From Chamaesiphon sp. (lineage in GTDB: Bacteria > Cyanobacteriota > Cyanobacteriia > Cyanobacteriales > Chamaesiphonaceae), in contig CBDFFH010000015.1 in NCBI GenBank assembly GCA_965246715.1, positions 288,001 through 352,000 of the forward strand: a stretch of 64,000 nucleotides of DNA, read 5' to 3'. Below are positions 53,478 through 64,000 of the stretch, one piece after another. How positions within the stretch are numbered: position 1 is the stretch's first letter; the number at the start of each line of letters is the position of its first letter. The position numbers were made by a program, and so were the translations under genes. The notes under the pieces were generated by a model. It made no database searches. It was not told the DNA's origin and was given only the letters and a program-made list of their open reading frames with translations.

Positions 53478-54206
53478 TTAGATCTCCTCCGCAGGCACAG
53501 TCGGTTTAGACATCATACTCGAGAGCGGTGGCGGTTCGACTACAGGTGCAGAGTTATGGCTTAATGCTGCGACTGCTGCATTACCAGGATTGACAATCCC
53601 CCCAGAAATGATGACCTTAAAGGCATCTTCGATCGACATTGCTAAATCTAAAACATCCTGTTCTGGCACGACGGCATACCAACCCGTTGTGGGGTTGGGA
53701 GTCGTGGGAATAAACAGGTTGAGCATTCCTTGCGGCATCTGCGACTGGATTTCACCATCGATCGTGCCGGTCACAAATGCCAGCGCCCAAATTCCCCGTC
53801 GGGGATATTCTACCAACACTACGCGCCGAAATTTGTTCCCCGAATCTTTGAGCAGGGTTTCTAAGAGTTGTTTGAGTGTTTTATAGACCGCTCCTGCCAG
53901 GGGAATTGCCTGTAGTAGTCGTTCGCCGATATCCAACAACCATTTACCAGCAATATTCCGTGCCATCAGCCCAATCAGGAGAATGGCTAACAATGGTGCC
54001 GTCAATCCGACTAAGAGATTTAAAACATAAACTAAGACTGGATGTAACCCATCAAAGGGGTTAATCTGTTTGGGAATGCGGGTCAAGAAATTGACCACCC
54101 ATGTTGCCACATTAATTGACAGCCAGATCGTAGTAGCAAGTGGGATCGCTACCAGCAAACCAGCAATTAAATCGTTTTTTAAGTCCTGCTTGAAATGTTG
54201 GAACAC
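53478..54206 (-). CDS. DUF502 domain membrane protein
   Basis: VVLVEYPRRG, FIPTTPNPTTG, IISGG. Confidence 0.92.
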   Translation of the reverse strand: MFQHFKQDLKNDLIAGLLVAIPLATTIWLSINVATWVVNFLTRIPKQINPFDGLHPVLVYVLNLLVGLTAPLLAILLIGLMARNIAGKWLLDIGERLLQAIPLAGAVYKTLKQLLETLLKDSGNKFRRVVLVEYPRRGIWALAFVTGTIDGEIQSQMPQGMLNLFIPTTPNPTTGWYAVVPEQDVLDLAMSIEDAFKVIISGGIVNPGNAAVAALSHNSAPVVEPPPLSSMMSKPTVPAEEI

Positions 54207-54345
54207 AAATCTCCGATTTTGATAACTATCGGTATTTTTTAAACTAGTCTATTCACACTATACAAAGCTTTGCCCGATCTGGGGAGGGGCGATGGGCGAA
54301 TCGCCAAGTAACAGTGGCTAGTAGCTAGCCACTAGCCACTAGCCA

Positions 54346-55080
54346 CTACTTCAGTACCCGTCTCAATCCCGCCCAACCGATCGTAATATACGCGATCGCC
54401 AATAACAAACTTGCCAAACTCGTTCTCACTCCAGTTTGCAACATGCGCTTGCTAATTCGATCTTCCGCCCCTTGTTTTTGGGTTTGGATGCTTTGCTGCG
54501 ACTCAAGATCGAATTTTTTGGGATCGCTGACGAGTAATTCTAGCTTGGTCTTGGTGAGTTGGAGTCCTACCAGCCGTTCGCCTTGAGCTAGACCACTTTT
54601 AAGTTCTTTATCGATCGTGGCAATCTGTTGATTGACTTGCTCTTTACTGAGAGCTTTCATTTGTTGAATGTTGCTTTTCAATCCTGAGGCTTCCGTCTCG
54701 ATTCTTTTAAAATCTTGAGATCTGATATCGTTAGTTTTAATTAGCTGGAAGGGAATAATCAAGACAAAAATTAGTCCCAATAAGCTAGCGAGACTAAAAG
54801 TTCCAATCCGCCACGCATTCCCCCGATCTCCACCATCCTCTGTCGAAACGATCCGGATCCAATCGCCAGCCACCATAAACGAGATCCCCACTAGTGGGAG
54901 TAATCCACCATCGACGAGTTGACTGGTAGCGTACAGCCACCAGCGATCGCCCTCTAACACCAAATTTTCTGGTGGTAGTAAGATCTTGAAGATGAGATCG
55001 ATCAGTGAAGATAAAATCAGTACTGCACCTGCGGTTTTGAGGGCAAGCGGGGTGAGAAAACTACTAACAGTAGGTTGCAT
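54346..55080 (-). CDS. HpsJ-like cyanobacterial membrane protein
   Basis: LILSSLID...QLVDGGLLPLVG; TM-coiled coil-TM layout. Confidence 0.7.
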   Translation of the reverse strand: MQPTVSSFLTPLALKTAGAVLILSSLIDLIFKILLPPENLVLEGDRWWLYATSQLVDGGLLPLVGISFMVAGDWIRIVSTEDGGDRGNAWRIGTFSLASLLGLIFVLIIPFQLIKTNDIRSQDFKRIETEASGLKSNIQQMKALSKEQVNQQIATIDKELKSGLAQGERLVGLQLTKTKLELLVSDPKKFDLESQQSIQTQKQGAEDRISKRMLQTGVRTSLASLLLAIAYITIGWAGLRRVLK

Positions 55081-55253
55081 AGTCTAAGTTATAGAGATAT
55101 TTGAGCTATTCACCCCGACCAGTGGGCGAACGAATAAGTGTCGTGGAGGATACATAAAACCAAGATTATCTTGTTTTGGGGATGTTCCCGTCGATAGTTA
55201 CCAAGTGTCGCCTAAAATAATAATTATTCAGTTTATCGGCGATCGCGATTGTT

Positions 55254-55970
55254 ATGACAATGGAAGTTTTTGTGTATCCAGATCGTCAGGCATTAATTGA
55301 TGCCGCTCTCAAATCGATCGTCGAGCGCATCTGGATGGCTGTTGCCGAGCGGCAGTCTTGCTCGATCGCATTATCTGGCGGTTCGACACCGGAACCATTG
55401 TACGCTGCACTGGCACAACAAGACCTGCCTTGGGCGCAGATCCATATTTTCTGGGGCGACGAACGCTATGTGGCTCCGACGCATCGAGATAGTAATTATG
55501 GAATGGCGAAGCGGGTGTGGCTCGATTTAGTCCCGCTCCCAGCGACAAATATTCATCCGGTACCGACCGATTTAGCTACACCACAGTTGGCGGCGGCGGC
55601 ATACGAGCGCGAGCTTGAGCTAGCAGCTGGAAGTATGCCACAGTTCGATATCATTCTGCTCGGGATGGGCGATGATGGGCATACCGCCTCGTTATTCCCC
55701 CATACGGTTGCTTTGTCGGAACGCGATCGACTGATAACTGTCGGCGACAAAGACGGACAGCCACGGATCACGTTTACATTTCCCCTCATCAATAATGCCC
55801 GCAGCGTCATCTTTCTCGTCGCCGGAGAGAGCAAGCAACCAGCGTTAACTGAAGTGTTCGCGCCTATAGGCGATGCCGCACTCTACCCCTCTCGATCGGT
55901 GCAGCCGCAGGGCGAACTACTGTGGCTACTAGATGCAGCAGCAGGAGCGAAGTTAATTCATAATTCATAA
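55254..55970 (+). CDS. pgl: 6-phosphogluconolactonase
   Basis: ALSGGSTP, FWGDERYV, LLGMGDDGHTASLFP. Confidence 0.96.
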   Translation: MTMEVFVYPDRQALIDAALKSIVERIWMAVAERQSCSIALSGGSTPEPLYAALAQQDLPWAQIHIFWGDERYVAPTHRDSNYGMAKRVWLDLVPLPATNIHPVPTDLATPQLAAAAYERELELAAGSMPQFDIILLGMGDDGHTASLFPHTVALSERDRLITVGDKDGQPRITFTFPLINNARSVIFLVAGESKQPALTEVFAPIGDAALYPSRSVQPQGELLWLLDAAAGAKLIHNS

Positions 55971-56040
55971 TTTATACACACACCTAAACTCTGCTAAAAT
56001 GCGATCGGGCTAAGTCTCCAAAACTTAACAGTTAATTTTT

Positions 56041-56841
56041 ATGATAGTGTGTCCGAACTGTAAGCATGAAAACCCTGAAGGCGCAACTAGCTGTGAGGCT
56101 TGTTTTACGGCCTTACCAGCTACTAAAGCTTGCCCGACCTGCGGCGCTGCCGTTCAACTCGACGCTACATTTTGTGGGCAGTGCGGTCAGAATCTAACCT
56201 CAGCCGATCCTAAAAATCCGATTCCGCTACCGCCACCAGTTGCTGCTATCGAGCCGGTTAATTCTGGCTTGCCGCCAACAGTTTTGACAGGTAAGGAAAT
56301 CACTGCACCCCCACTCTCCGCTCCTCCAGTAGCAAGTGAGGTTCCAAGTGAGGTTCCACCTCAGCTGCCCGATCCAGCACCAGCATTACCATCGATCGCA
56401 CCCGAGCCAACTAGCGAAAGTTCGCTACCACCAACAGTAGTATCGGCACCAGTCGAGAGCGCTTCAGCACCCGTAGTAGAGCTACCAACAGCACCTGTGG
56501 TTGCCACTCAAATCCAACCTACTGCTTATCATTTGCTGCACTTGCAAACGAATACCAGTTTGGAAATCCCACTGCATTTACAAGTCATTCACATTGGTAA
56601 GCCTAACGAACAGTCGCCGCCTGATATCGATGTCTCGGGCTTTCCCTCTGCCGAAGTAGTATCCCGCGTTCATGCAAATATTCGCGTTGAAGGGCAAGAA
56701 TATTATATCGAAGATGTCGGTAGTGCTAATGGTACCTATATCAATCATAATGTTCTCGCGAAAGGGAATAGGCACCTGTTACGTTCTGGCGATCGGATTG
56801 GTTTAGGGAAAGGGGATCTTGTAACTTTTATCTTTCAATAG
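56041..56841 (+). CDS. fraH: Double zinc ribbon + Pro-rich linker + FHA domain protein (FraH-like)
   Basis: CPNC/CEAC/CPTC/CGQC; VSRVHA...GSANGT. Confidence 0.75.
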   Translation: MIVCPNCKHENPEGATSCEACFTALPATKACPTCGAAVQLDATFCGQCGQNLTSADPKNPIPLPPPVAAIEPVNSGLPPTVLTGKEITAPPLSAPPVASEVPSEVPPQLPDPAPALPSIAPEPTSESSLPPTVVSAPVESASAPVVELPTAPVVATQIQPTAYHLLHLQTNTSLEIPLHLQVIHIGKPNEQSPPDIDVSGFPSAEVVSRVHANIRVEGQEYYIEDVGSANGTYINHNVLAKGNRHLLRSGDRIGLGKGDLVTFIFQ

Positions 56842-57003
56842 CACTGCCGCCCGTTAACCTTCGAGTTCGGTCATTACTCTAGCAAAGAAATCTGGTTTGT
56901 ATTTGCCAAGCAAGCAGACGCTCTATGCCAAGAAGTTGTATCTAAATTATGTCAGCCCTCAGTTTAAATCCGCTTCATTCAACTCCTTGAGCAGCTATCC
57001 TAT

Positions 57004-57339
57004 ATGTCCGCCATCGTATTAAATCTGCTTAATTCAATTCCCGTGCAGAGCTGGACATTTATCTCCGAAGATGTCGTTCGCATTGGGCGGGCAACGGATA
57101 ATAATGCGATCTTATTTAGTGCGGTTGTCTCGCGACATCATGCTGAATTAAGGTGGAGTGAAGCTGATGGTTGGGTGCTAGTAAATATGAGTCCAAATGG
57201 AACTTATTTTAATGGCGAAGCTATCAAAACAATGGCGGTCGAAGATGGCATGATAATTAGATTAGCAACATCAGGGCCGAAAATTCAGATTAAAGTAGTG
57301 GTTGGTAAACTCGATAATGACATTCCGGTTGGGGAATAG
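57004..57339 (+). CDS. FHA domain protein
   Basis: RIGR, VSRHHA, SPNGT. Confidence 0.9.
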   Translation: MSAIVLNLLNSIPVQSWTFISEDVVRIGRATDNNAILFSAVVSRHHAELRWSEADGWVLVNMSPNGTYFNGEAIKTMAVEDGMIIRLATSGPKIQIKVVVGKLDNDIPVGE

Positions 57340-57378
57340 TAAATATTCCCAACTGGTGGAGCACAGATCGGGACTAAT

Positions 57379-57554
57379 TAAGGTGAGTTCGGGTTAAGGG
57401 TATGTGCTTCGTTCTAGTACCGCCAACGATTGAAATCGTGGCTAGTAATGCAAAGTCCGCCTTCGCGGACTAATATTCTAGTCCGCGAAGGCGGACTTTG
57501 CATCATGAGCAGAGACTTTAGTCTCTAGGCTCTTCTTAACCCGAACTCACGTTA
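57379..57554. mobile_element. MITE family A, copy 2; right TIR overlaps the dnaN stop codon
   Basis: taaggtgagttcgggttaag / cttaacccgaactcacgtta; same internal hairpin as 6727-6780. Confidence 0.85.
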
Positions 57555-58718
57555 ATTACGTAATTGAACTGGCATGACTAAATAAGTCATCTTCAGACCG
57601 CCTAGTGGGTTCAGAATCACTGGTTCGAGCGGGCCATTGAGATTGATGACGATCTCTTGAGTCGGGAGTGTTTTCAACCCATCCATGAGATATTTGATAT
57701 TAAAGGCAATATCTAGATCTGCCCCAGAGATCTGGGCGCTGAGCGATTCGCGTCCGCTGCCACGATCCGCCGCTTCTACTGACAGCGAAATCTCACCTTT
57801 GCTACTGTCGATACTAAATTTCACTAAATTTGCTTGGTCGGCAAGAATTGCAATGCGTTCGAGCGAGCTGAGTAATTGTTTGCGATCGAGGGTAACTTGG
57901 CGCTGAAACTGCTTAGGAATCAGTAATCGATAGTCAGGGTATTTTCCTTCTAATGTCCTAGTGGTTAATTTTTGATCTCCCCAAGCAAAAACTACTTGTC
58001 CTTGCTCCAATTGTAATTCCAATCGATCTTGTTCGTGCCGCGATCCAAGCATTTTTTCCAATTCGCGTAAAGCCTTAGCCGGCACGGTTACTTCAAACGA
58101 ACCGACAGTTTCGGTGCCGTCGCTGACGATCTTGCCATCTTCGCTGGCAGCCAATTCGGCAGGATATACTTCGACGATTCCCAACCGATGTCCGTCTGTG
58201 GCGGCAAATTCCAATCTCTCCGGCTCGACTTTGAGATAGACCCCAGTAAGTATTTGTTTGGTTTCGTCCTGGCTACAGGCGATCAGAGACCCCTTTAAGC
58301 CATCGATGAAGGCAGTTGCTGAGAGTCGATTGGTTTCGCCATCTTCGATCGATGGTAATTCAGGAAATTCATCCGCACTTAGCCCCCGTACCTGATATCT
58401 ACCCGAGACTGAGGTAATTGTGACGAGATTGTCACCAGCTTCATCATCGAGCGTAATATCACCACTCGGTAATTTGGCAACGATATCATTGAGCAATTTA
58501 GCAGGTAAGGTCAAGATGCCGTCTTCTTCAACTCGTGCTTCAAAACTAGCCTGGATGCCCAAACTCAAATCGAATCCAGTCAACCGAATTTGGTCGGGAT
58601 CGGAAGTAGCTTCGATTTTGATGTTCGCCAGCACTGGATGGGTTGGCCGAGTGGAAACAGCACGACTGACTAGAGCTAAGTTGATATTCAGATCGTGCTG
58701 GGTGCAGACGAATTTCAT
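57552..58718 (-). CDS. dnaN: DNA polymerase III beta clamp
   Basis: SRAVSTRPTHPVLAN, ATDGHRL, GKYPDY, YLVMPVQ. Confidence 0.97.
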   Translation of the reverse strand: MKFVCTQHDLNINLALVSRAVSTRPTHPVLANIKIEATSDPDQIRLTGFDLSLGIQASFEARVEEDGILTLPAKLLNDIVAKLPSGDITLDDEAGDNLVTITSVSGRYQVRGLSADEFPELPSIEDGETNRLSATAFIDGLKGSLIACSQDETKQILTGVYLKVEPERLEFAATDGHRLGIVEVYPAELAASEDGKIVSDGTETVGSFEVTVPAKALRELEKMLGSRHEQDRLELQLEQGQVVFAWGDQKLTTRTLEGKYPDYRLLIPKQFQRQVTLDRKQLLSSLERIAILADQANLVKFSIDSSKGEISLSVEAADRGSGRESLSAQISGADLDIAFNIKYLMDGLKTLPTQEIVINLNGPLEPVILNPLGGLKMTYLVMPVQLRN

Positions 58719-58899
58719 AGTATGAAGAAGAGGTGAAAGGGGAGAGCGGTGAGCGCTCCTCGGCAAAGCCGAGGGTTAGCGATCCAAACGTACGCTGGGA
58801 CAGCGCAACAAGACAGGGGAACGGGAACGGGATGCCCTATCTAAATTCATAATCAAACAGAAATGCCATTAGGGTGGGAGAGTTCTGTCGAGCTAGCCA

Positions 58900-59139
58900 C
58901 TAACGCCGGACTTGTAGCAGAAAGTATTCTGGTCGATTCTCTTCGACAGAGACTTTACCAGCGATAATTTGCTCGATCGTATAACCTGCCATTGTCAGAC
59001 TATCAGGAACTTGTTCGATGGGTTCGCCAGCATCTAACCAAACTTCTAACAATTCGCCAACAGCCATCTGTTCGAGCTTCATCTTCGTGCGAACAAAATT
59101 AATCGGGCAAGGTGTCCCGCGTAGGTCTAGTTGCGTCAT
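58900..59139 (-). CDS. TusA-family sulfurtransferase
   Basis: LDLRGTPCPINFVRTK. Confidence 0.9.
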   Translation of the reverse strand: MTQLDLRGTPCPINFVRTKMKLEQMAVGELLEVWLDAGEPIEQVPDSLTMAGYTIEQIIAGKVSVEENRPEYFLLQVRR

Positions 59140-59289
59140 GTAGATTTTGGATTAACGATTTTGGATTAGCGGCTCCATCAATGCAGCCAGTTGAATCAGC
59201 ATTCCTGGCTGAAATCGCTGCTTGGAGTTTAGATTTTGAATTTAATCCAAAATCCAAAATTTTCTCGACTCCGAACCAGCGACTAGCAA

Positions 59290-60423
59290 TTACTTAAATA
59301 CATTCCCAAAGATACTCCCAATCCCACCTTTGCCGACCCGCTCGCCCCGAATTTTGGCAAGTTTTTCGAGCAGTTCGCGTTCTTCGGTACTGACTTTAGT
59401 AGGAATATCAATTTGGAGGGTTAGTAAGTGATCGCCGCGACTGACTTCGTTACCCAAACGCGGTACGCCTTTTTGTTCTAACTTGAGGACGGTATTTGGT
59501 TGGATTCCGGCAGGAATATTTAACTCGGTTGGGCCATCAACAGTTTCGATTTGGATATGGCTGCCGAGAATTGCTTGAAGATAACCAATCTTGACTTGGG
59601 ACAGGATATTAATCCCTTCACGGCGGAATTCGGCATGCTCTTCGACATGCAAATACACATACAGATCGCCTGGTGGCCCACCGCGTAAGCCAGCATCGCC
59701 CTCTTTCCCGATCCGTAGTTTGGTACCGTTATCGACACCTTTGGGAATTGTAATTTTGAGTTTTTTAGTTTCTTGCTTGCGTCCAGCACCATTACAGACT
59801 TCGCATTTATCTTCGATGACCTGACCGTCACCGTTACAGGTCGGACAAACCGATACTTGAGTAAAGTTACCAAATGGGGTGCGGGTGTTGCGACGGACTT
59901 GTCCGGCTCCAGCACAGGTGCTGCAGGTTTGAGGCTGCGAACCGGGCTTTGCTCCCGATCCTTTACATGTATTACAGGATTCGAGATGGGGAATCCGAAT
60001 TTCTTTTTCGCCACCAAAGATCGCTTCATGAAAATCTAGCTTGAGATCGAGCCGCAGATCTTCGCCCCTGGCGGGGCCATTCCGCCGCCGAGTTGCTTGT
60101 TGTTGTCCGCCAGCACTGCCACCAAAACCATTGAAGAAGGCATCAAAGATGTCGGCAAAGCCGCCCATATCACCCACGTCGCCATATCCAGGGGCTGCAC
60201 CACCAGAGACTCCAGCCTCGCCAAAGCGATCGTAGCGAGCGCGCAGTTCTGGTTCGGAGAGAACTTCATTCGCCCGATTGATTTCTTTGAAGGTGTCTTC
60301 TGCTCCAGGCTCTTTGTTAACATCTGGGTGATATTTCCGCGCCAATCGACGATAGGCGCGTTTAATTTCTTCCTGATCGGCATCCCGTGAAGTGCCAAGG
60401 ATTTCGTAATAGTCGCGTGCCAT
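59290..60423 (-). CDS. dnaJ: Chaperone DnaJ
   Basis: HPD motif, G/F region, four CxxCxGxG. Confidence 0.98.
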   Translation of the reverse strand: MARDYYEILGTSRDADQEEIKRAYRRLARKYHPDVNKEPGAEDTFKEINRANEVLSEPELRARYDRFGEAGVSGGAAPGYGDVGDMGGFADIFDAFFNGFGGSAGGQQQATRRRNGPARGEDLRLDLKLDFHEAIFGGEKEIRIPHLESCNTCKGSGAKPGSQPQTCSTCAGAGQVRRNTRTPFGNFTQVSVCPTCNGDGQVIEDKCEVCNGAGRKQETKKLKITIPKGVDNGTKLRIGKEGDAGLRGGPPGDLYVYLHVEEHAEFRREGINILSQVKIGYLQAILGSHIQIETVDGPTELNIPAGIQPNTVLKLEQKGVPRLGNEVSRGDHLLTLQIDIPTKVSTEERELLEKLAKIRGERVGKGGIGSIFGNVFK

Positions 60424-60746
60424 AGAGAGATTCTATCTTACAAGAAGTAGTGTGGATCGGGCTGGCGATCGGGGAAGTAAACGCGAAGAGCGAGTCGATC
60501 GCTAGCTGTAGCGAGAAATCGTCGTGCGAGTGACAGCTTGCATTTATCCGAACGATCTCAACAATCGCCCGTGGCAATTTAACAATTTGATATTTATTGT
60601 AAAGGAATCAGGTCTTGGCGATGGGGTATTAACCGTAATTACTTGGGAGTGGATCGGCCTGATGTCGTTAGTAAAGATCGCGACCCGATCGCATCTTTAA
60701 CAATTGGGTCAGAACTAGGTAATCGATTATTTAAGCGACGCGCAGG

Positions 60747-62741
60747 CTACTCAACCACCTCATAATCGGTAGTCGCCGTTTCATCGTCTTCATAATCTAA
60801 CGTTAGTGTACTCGATACCTTTTTCGGTGGTGGCGGTGGTGGCGGTGGCGCGGCAGCACGACTCAATGGCGTGTGTCTGCGCATACTGTTGTTGGGATTC
60901 GAGCCAGAAGATGGGTTATTGTTGGGGGTCGTACCTTGCTGGTAGACAGCAGCACCCATGGCAAATATCTGTTGTTGGAGCTTGTCGATTAATTGCTGAA
61001 CGTTTTCTAAATTAGCGGATGGTTCGAGCAGCAACATTTGGAGTTCCTTGGCAGTCGTCTCGGCTTGCTCGCGCAAGCGATCGTCGATCAGGTGGCCGTT
61101 ATCTTTAATTGCTGTATCGTAGGTATGGAATAGCGCATCTGATTGATTTTTGAGTTCCACCAATTGGAGTCTGCGCCAGTCATCCTGAGCGTAGGTTTCG
61201 GCTTCTTTGCGCATCCGCTCGATATCGACTTTATTCAGTCCGCCCGTATTCGTAATCGAGACAGTTTGTTCCCTACCAGTCCCACGATCTTGCGCTGAGA
61301 CTTTGAGAATACCGTTGACATCGATATCGAAGGCAACTTCAATTTTGGGTACTCCACGGGGCGCAGGCGGGATGCCTGTGAGCAGAAATCTACCGAGGCT
61401 CTTATTATCCTTGGCCATCGCTCGTTCGCCCTGAAGGACGTGAATTTCGACCGAGGTTTGGCCGTCGGTAGCAGTCGAGAATTCTTGACCTTTACTAGTC
61501 GGAATCGTGGTATTGCGTTCGATGATTTTGGTAAAAACTTCACCGAGCGTCTCGATCCCGAGTGAGAGGGGGGTAACGTCGAGCAGGAGGACATCTTTAA
61601 TATCCCCACCGACCACACCAGCTTGAACGGCAGCACCCATCGCCACCGCTTCATCGGGATTGACGGATCGATCGAGTTCTTTACCCCCAAAGAAATCTTG
61701 AATAGCGCGCTGGACGGCGGGAATTCGGGTCGAGCCGCCGACGAGCAAGATCCGATCGATCTCCTTGGGTTGGAGATCGGCATCTTTAAGTGCTCGCTGT
61801 AATGGTTCGAGTGTCGATTCGATTAACGGTGCCACCATCTCCTCAAACTTGGTGCGAGTGAGTTCGAGTTCCAAATGTTTTGGCCCGCTAGCATCGGCAG
61901 AGATAAATGGTAAATTGATCGAAGTACTCATCATCGTCGAAAGTTCGACCTTGGCTTTTTCCGCAGCTTCGCGCAGGCGTTGCAACGCCATTTTATCTTT
62001 TAACAGATCGACATTTTCGGTAGTCCGAAAATGTTTGATCAGCCACCGCACGATTTCGTTATCAAAGTCATCGCCGCCCAAATGGTTGTTACCAGATGTG
62101 GCTTTGACTTCGTAAATACCGTTCCCCAGTTGGAGTACCGACACATCAAAGGTGCCGCCGCCTAAGTCAACCACCAGAATTTTTTGCTCGGTATCGGCTT
62201 TATCTAGACCGTAAGCTAGTGCGGCTGCTGTCGGCTCGTTAACAATCCGCAGCACTTCCAGTCCCGCAATCGTCCCAGCATCCTTAGTCGCTTGGCGCTG
62301 GGCATCGGTAAAGTAAGCCGGAACTGTAATTACCGCTTGCTCGACTGGCTCTCCCAAAAAGTTTTGGGCATCTTTTTTGAGCTTTTGCAGGATCATCGCG
62401 GAGATTTCTTGCGGCGTATACGTCCGACCGCGAATCTGGACATCAACGGTGCTATCGCGACCTTTGATGCAAGTGTAGGGAACACGATTGCGTTCTGTCT
62501 CCGTATCTTCCCAGCGACGGCCGATGAAGCGTTTGATGCTATACACCGTGTTCTCTGCATTGGTCACCCCCTGCCGTTTTGCCAGTTGACCTACTAATTG
62601 CTCGCCACCTTTAGCAAAGCCAATAATACTGGGGGTGGTACGCCCGCCCTCAGAGTTGGAAATGACCACTGGATGACCGCCTTCTAGGACGGCCACACAG
62701 CTATTAGTAGTACCGAGGTCGATGCCGATGACTTTTGCCAT
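60747..62741 (-). CDS. dnaK: Chaperone DnaK
   Basis: [28 protein letters not shown]. Confidence 0.98.
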   Translation of the reverse strand: MAKVIGIDLGTTNSCVAVLEGGHPVVISNSEGGRTTPSIIGFAKGGEQLVGQLAKRQGVTNAENTVYSIKRFIGRRWEDTETERNRVPYTCIKGRDSTVDVQIRGRTYTPQEISAMILQKLKKDAQNFLGEPVEQAVITVPAYFTDAQRQATKDAGTIAGLEVLRIVNEPTAAALAYGLDKADTEQKILVVDLGGGTFDVSVLQLGNGIYEVKATSGNNHLGGDDFDNEIVRWLIKHFRTTENVDLLKDKMALQRLREAAEKAKVELSTMMSTSINLPFISADASGPKHLELELTRTKFEEMVAPLIESTLEPLQRALKDADLQPKEIDRILLVGGSTRIPAVQRAIQDFFGGKELDRSVNPDEAVAMGAAVQAGVVGGDIKDVLLLDVTPLSLGIETLGEVFTKIIERNTTIPTSKGQEFSTATDGQTSVEIHVLQGERAMAKDNKSLGRFLLTGIPPAPRGVPKIEVAFDIDVNGILKVSAQDRGTGREQTVSITNTGGLNKVDIERMRKEAETYAQDDWRRLQLVELKNQSDALFHTYDTAIKDNGHLIDDRLREQAETTAKELQMLLLEPSANLENVQQLIDKLQQQIFAMGAAVYQQGTTPNNNPSSGSNPNNSMRRHTPLSRAAAPPPPPPPPKKVSSTLTLDYEDDETATTDYEVVE

Positions 62742-62905
62742 AATATTGAGGCAATATTTAAATTATATAAAAGGGGCTGCTAGCTATAAGCTAGCTGACA
62801 AGCGATTGTCTGGCCAGAGTATCATTGGCGCAGCCTCGCTGATGGCGATTCGCGGTGATAGTCGGCCTGGATGGGTGCCGCTGGTCAAGAAAATAATGAA
62901 GTGGC

Positions 62906-63676
62906 TTAAGTTTGCTCGGGGTCGAACCCTGCCGCATCATCTGCGGAAAGTTGTTCTGGTGGGGCTGCAACTTTTACTAAGGAGTGTCGTAAAATGCGAT
63001 CGCCCAAGAAGTAGCCACGCTGGAGTTCTTCAATTACCGTACCTTCAGGATATTCTTCCGTCGGCTGACGCATAACGGCTTCATGGAGGTTGGGATCGAA
63101 TTGTTGTCCTTCGGGGCGCATGGGTGAGACACCAACACGCTTGAGACTTTCGACCAATTGCTTGTAGACACCTTGGTAGCTTTTGTGAATGCCCATTTCG
63201 CCTTCATTTTGAGGCTTGATTTGGGTTCTGGCGCGCTCGAAGTTATCGACGACACTCAAGAGTTCGATAATTGTGGCGCATTTGACTTGCACTTCAATAT
63301 CTTCTTTTTCTTTACTGTTGCGCTTGCGGAAGTTATCAAAATCAGCAGCAATTCGTAAATACTGGCTTTGAAATGCATCGCGCTGATTGGTCAGCTCGGT
63401 TAACTTATCGGTTAACGTTTGGATTTCCGATCGATCTGGCGTGGGAGTCGGCATTTGGACATCGATCGCGGGTTTTTCTCCAGAAGCGGCAATTCCTGGC
63501 TCAGTGGTGGGTGCCGCCTCAACTTTTAAGTCAGGACTAAGAACTGGCTCAGGCTCGATCGTAGAAGCAGTAGCCGTCCCGATTGAAGGAGTGCTGTGAG
63601 GCTCGGGATGGTGATCGGGCAATTGCGATGAGATTTCCTCATCTGTGCCGTTTTGCTGTTGTGGGGTTTCGCTCAT
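62906..63676 (-). CDS. grpE: Nucleotide exchange factor GrpE
   Basis: [26 protein letters not shown]. Confidence 0.97.
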   Translation of the reverse strand: MSETPQQQNGTDEEISSQLPDHHPEPHSTPSIGTATASTIEPEPVLSPDLKVEAAPTTEPGIAASGEKPAIDVQMPTPTPDRSEIQTLTDKLTELTNQRDAFQSQYLRIAADFDNFRKRNSKEKEDIEVQVKCATIIELLSVVDNFERARTQIKPQNEGEMGIHKSYQGVYKQLVESLKRVGVSPMRPEGQQFDPNLHEAVMRQPTEEYPEGTVIEELQRGYFLGDRILRHSLVKVAAPPEQLSADDAAGFDPEQT

Positions 63677-64000
63677 CGTTCGTTCATTCCAGTTAACAGA
63701 CTGCTGGGTAATTTTGATGCTAAGTCGTCGCAGGCAAGCTAACGATTCTCTGGTAGAAAATCTTCGCTGACGCTCGTCCAGATTTATCGAGACTAAACTT
63801 TGGTAAATCTGCCTTTTGAGTATAAATCCGATCTGGATCGAACGCGTGCTTTATAGAACTATCGATCTAAAGATCGATCGCTCTGCACCGCAGGTAATCT
63901 GAAGCTCTTTGTCAACCCAAATCAAATGCGCTCATTTTCATAATGCCCAAATTTATGGATTAAAACACCACATATTTGGATAGCGATCGATCCAAGAGTG

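Overview
Cyanobacterial chromosomal segment with very frequent CGATCG/TCGATCGA/GCGATCGC HIP1-type palindromes. Gene style suggests a Chamaesiphon-like organism (inference). Core loci: trmL, an M23 peptidase, tRNA-Met(CAT), ribE, rbcL-rbcX-rbcS, infC, ilvN, kaiA-kaiB-kaiC, chlB, malic enzyme, fbp-tal-zwf-opcA, menF, pgl, fraH-like, dnaN and grpE-dnaK-dnaJ-tusA. Accessory parts: (i) a 3.4-kb segment (10053-13498) bounded by IS1634-type ends and an exact 6-bp direct repeat, carrying an integrase remnant and a trypsin-TPR gene; (ii) a co-oriented minus-strand run after kaiC encoding a bacterial PARG (TIGR02452), a cysteine-hydrolase/AlkB fusion, a ferritin-like protein and a YgiB/YgiC-like pair; (iii) IS1 and ISAs1 nested inside one MITE; (iv) an ISKra4-family IS; (v) an HTH-NB-ARC-WD40 NLR-like gene; (vi) several MITE/REP families. 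The best candidates for something new are a structured, possibly kissing-loop RNA in the kaiA leader, the PARG/amidase-AlkB cluster and the IS1634-bounded cargo element. zwf and opcA each carry a +1 frameshift, either sequencing error or recent decay. All family assignments come from motif recognition by eye; no database searches were run.
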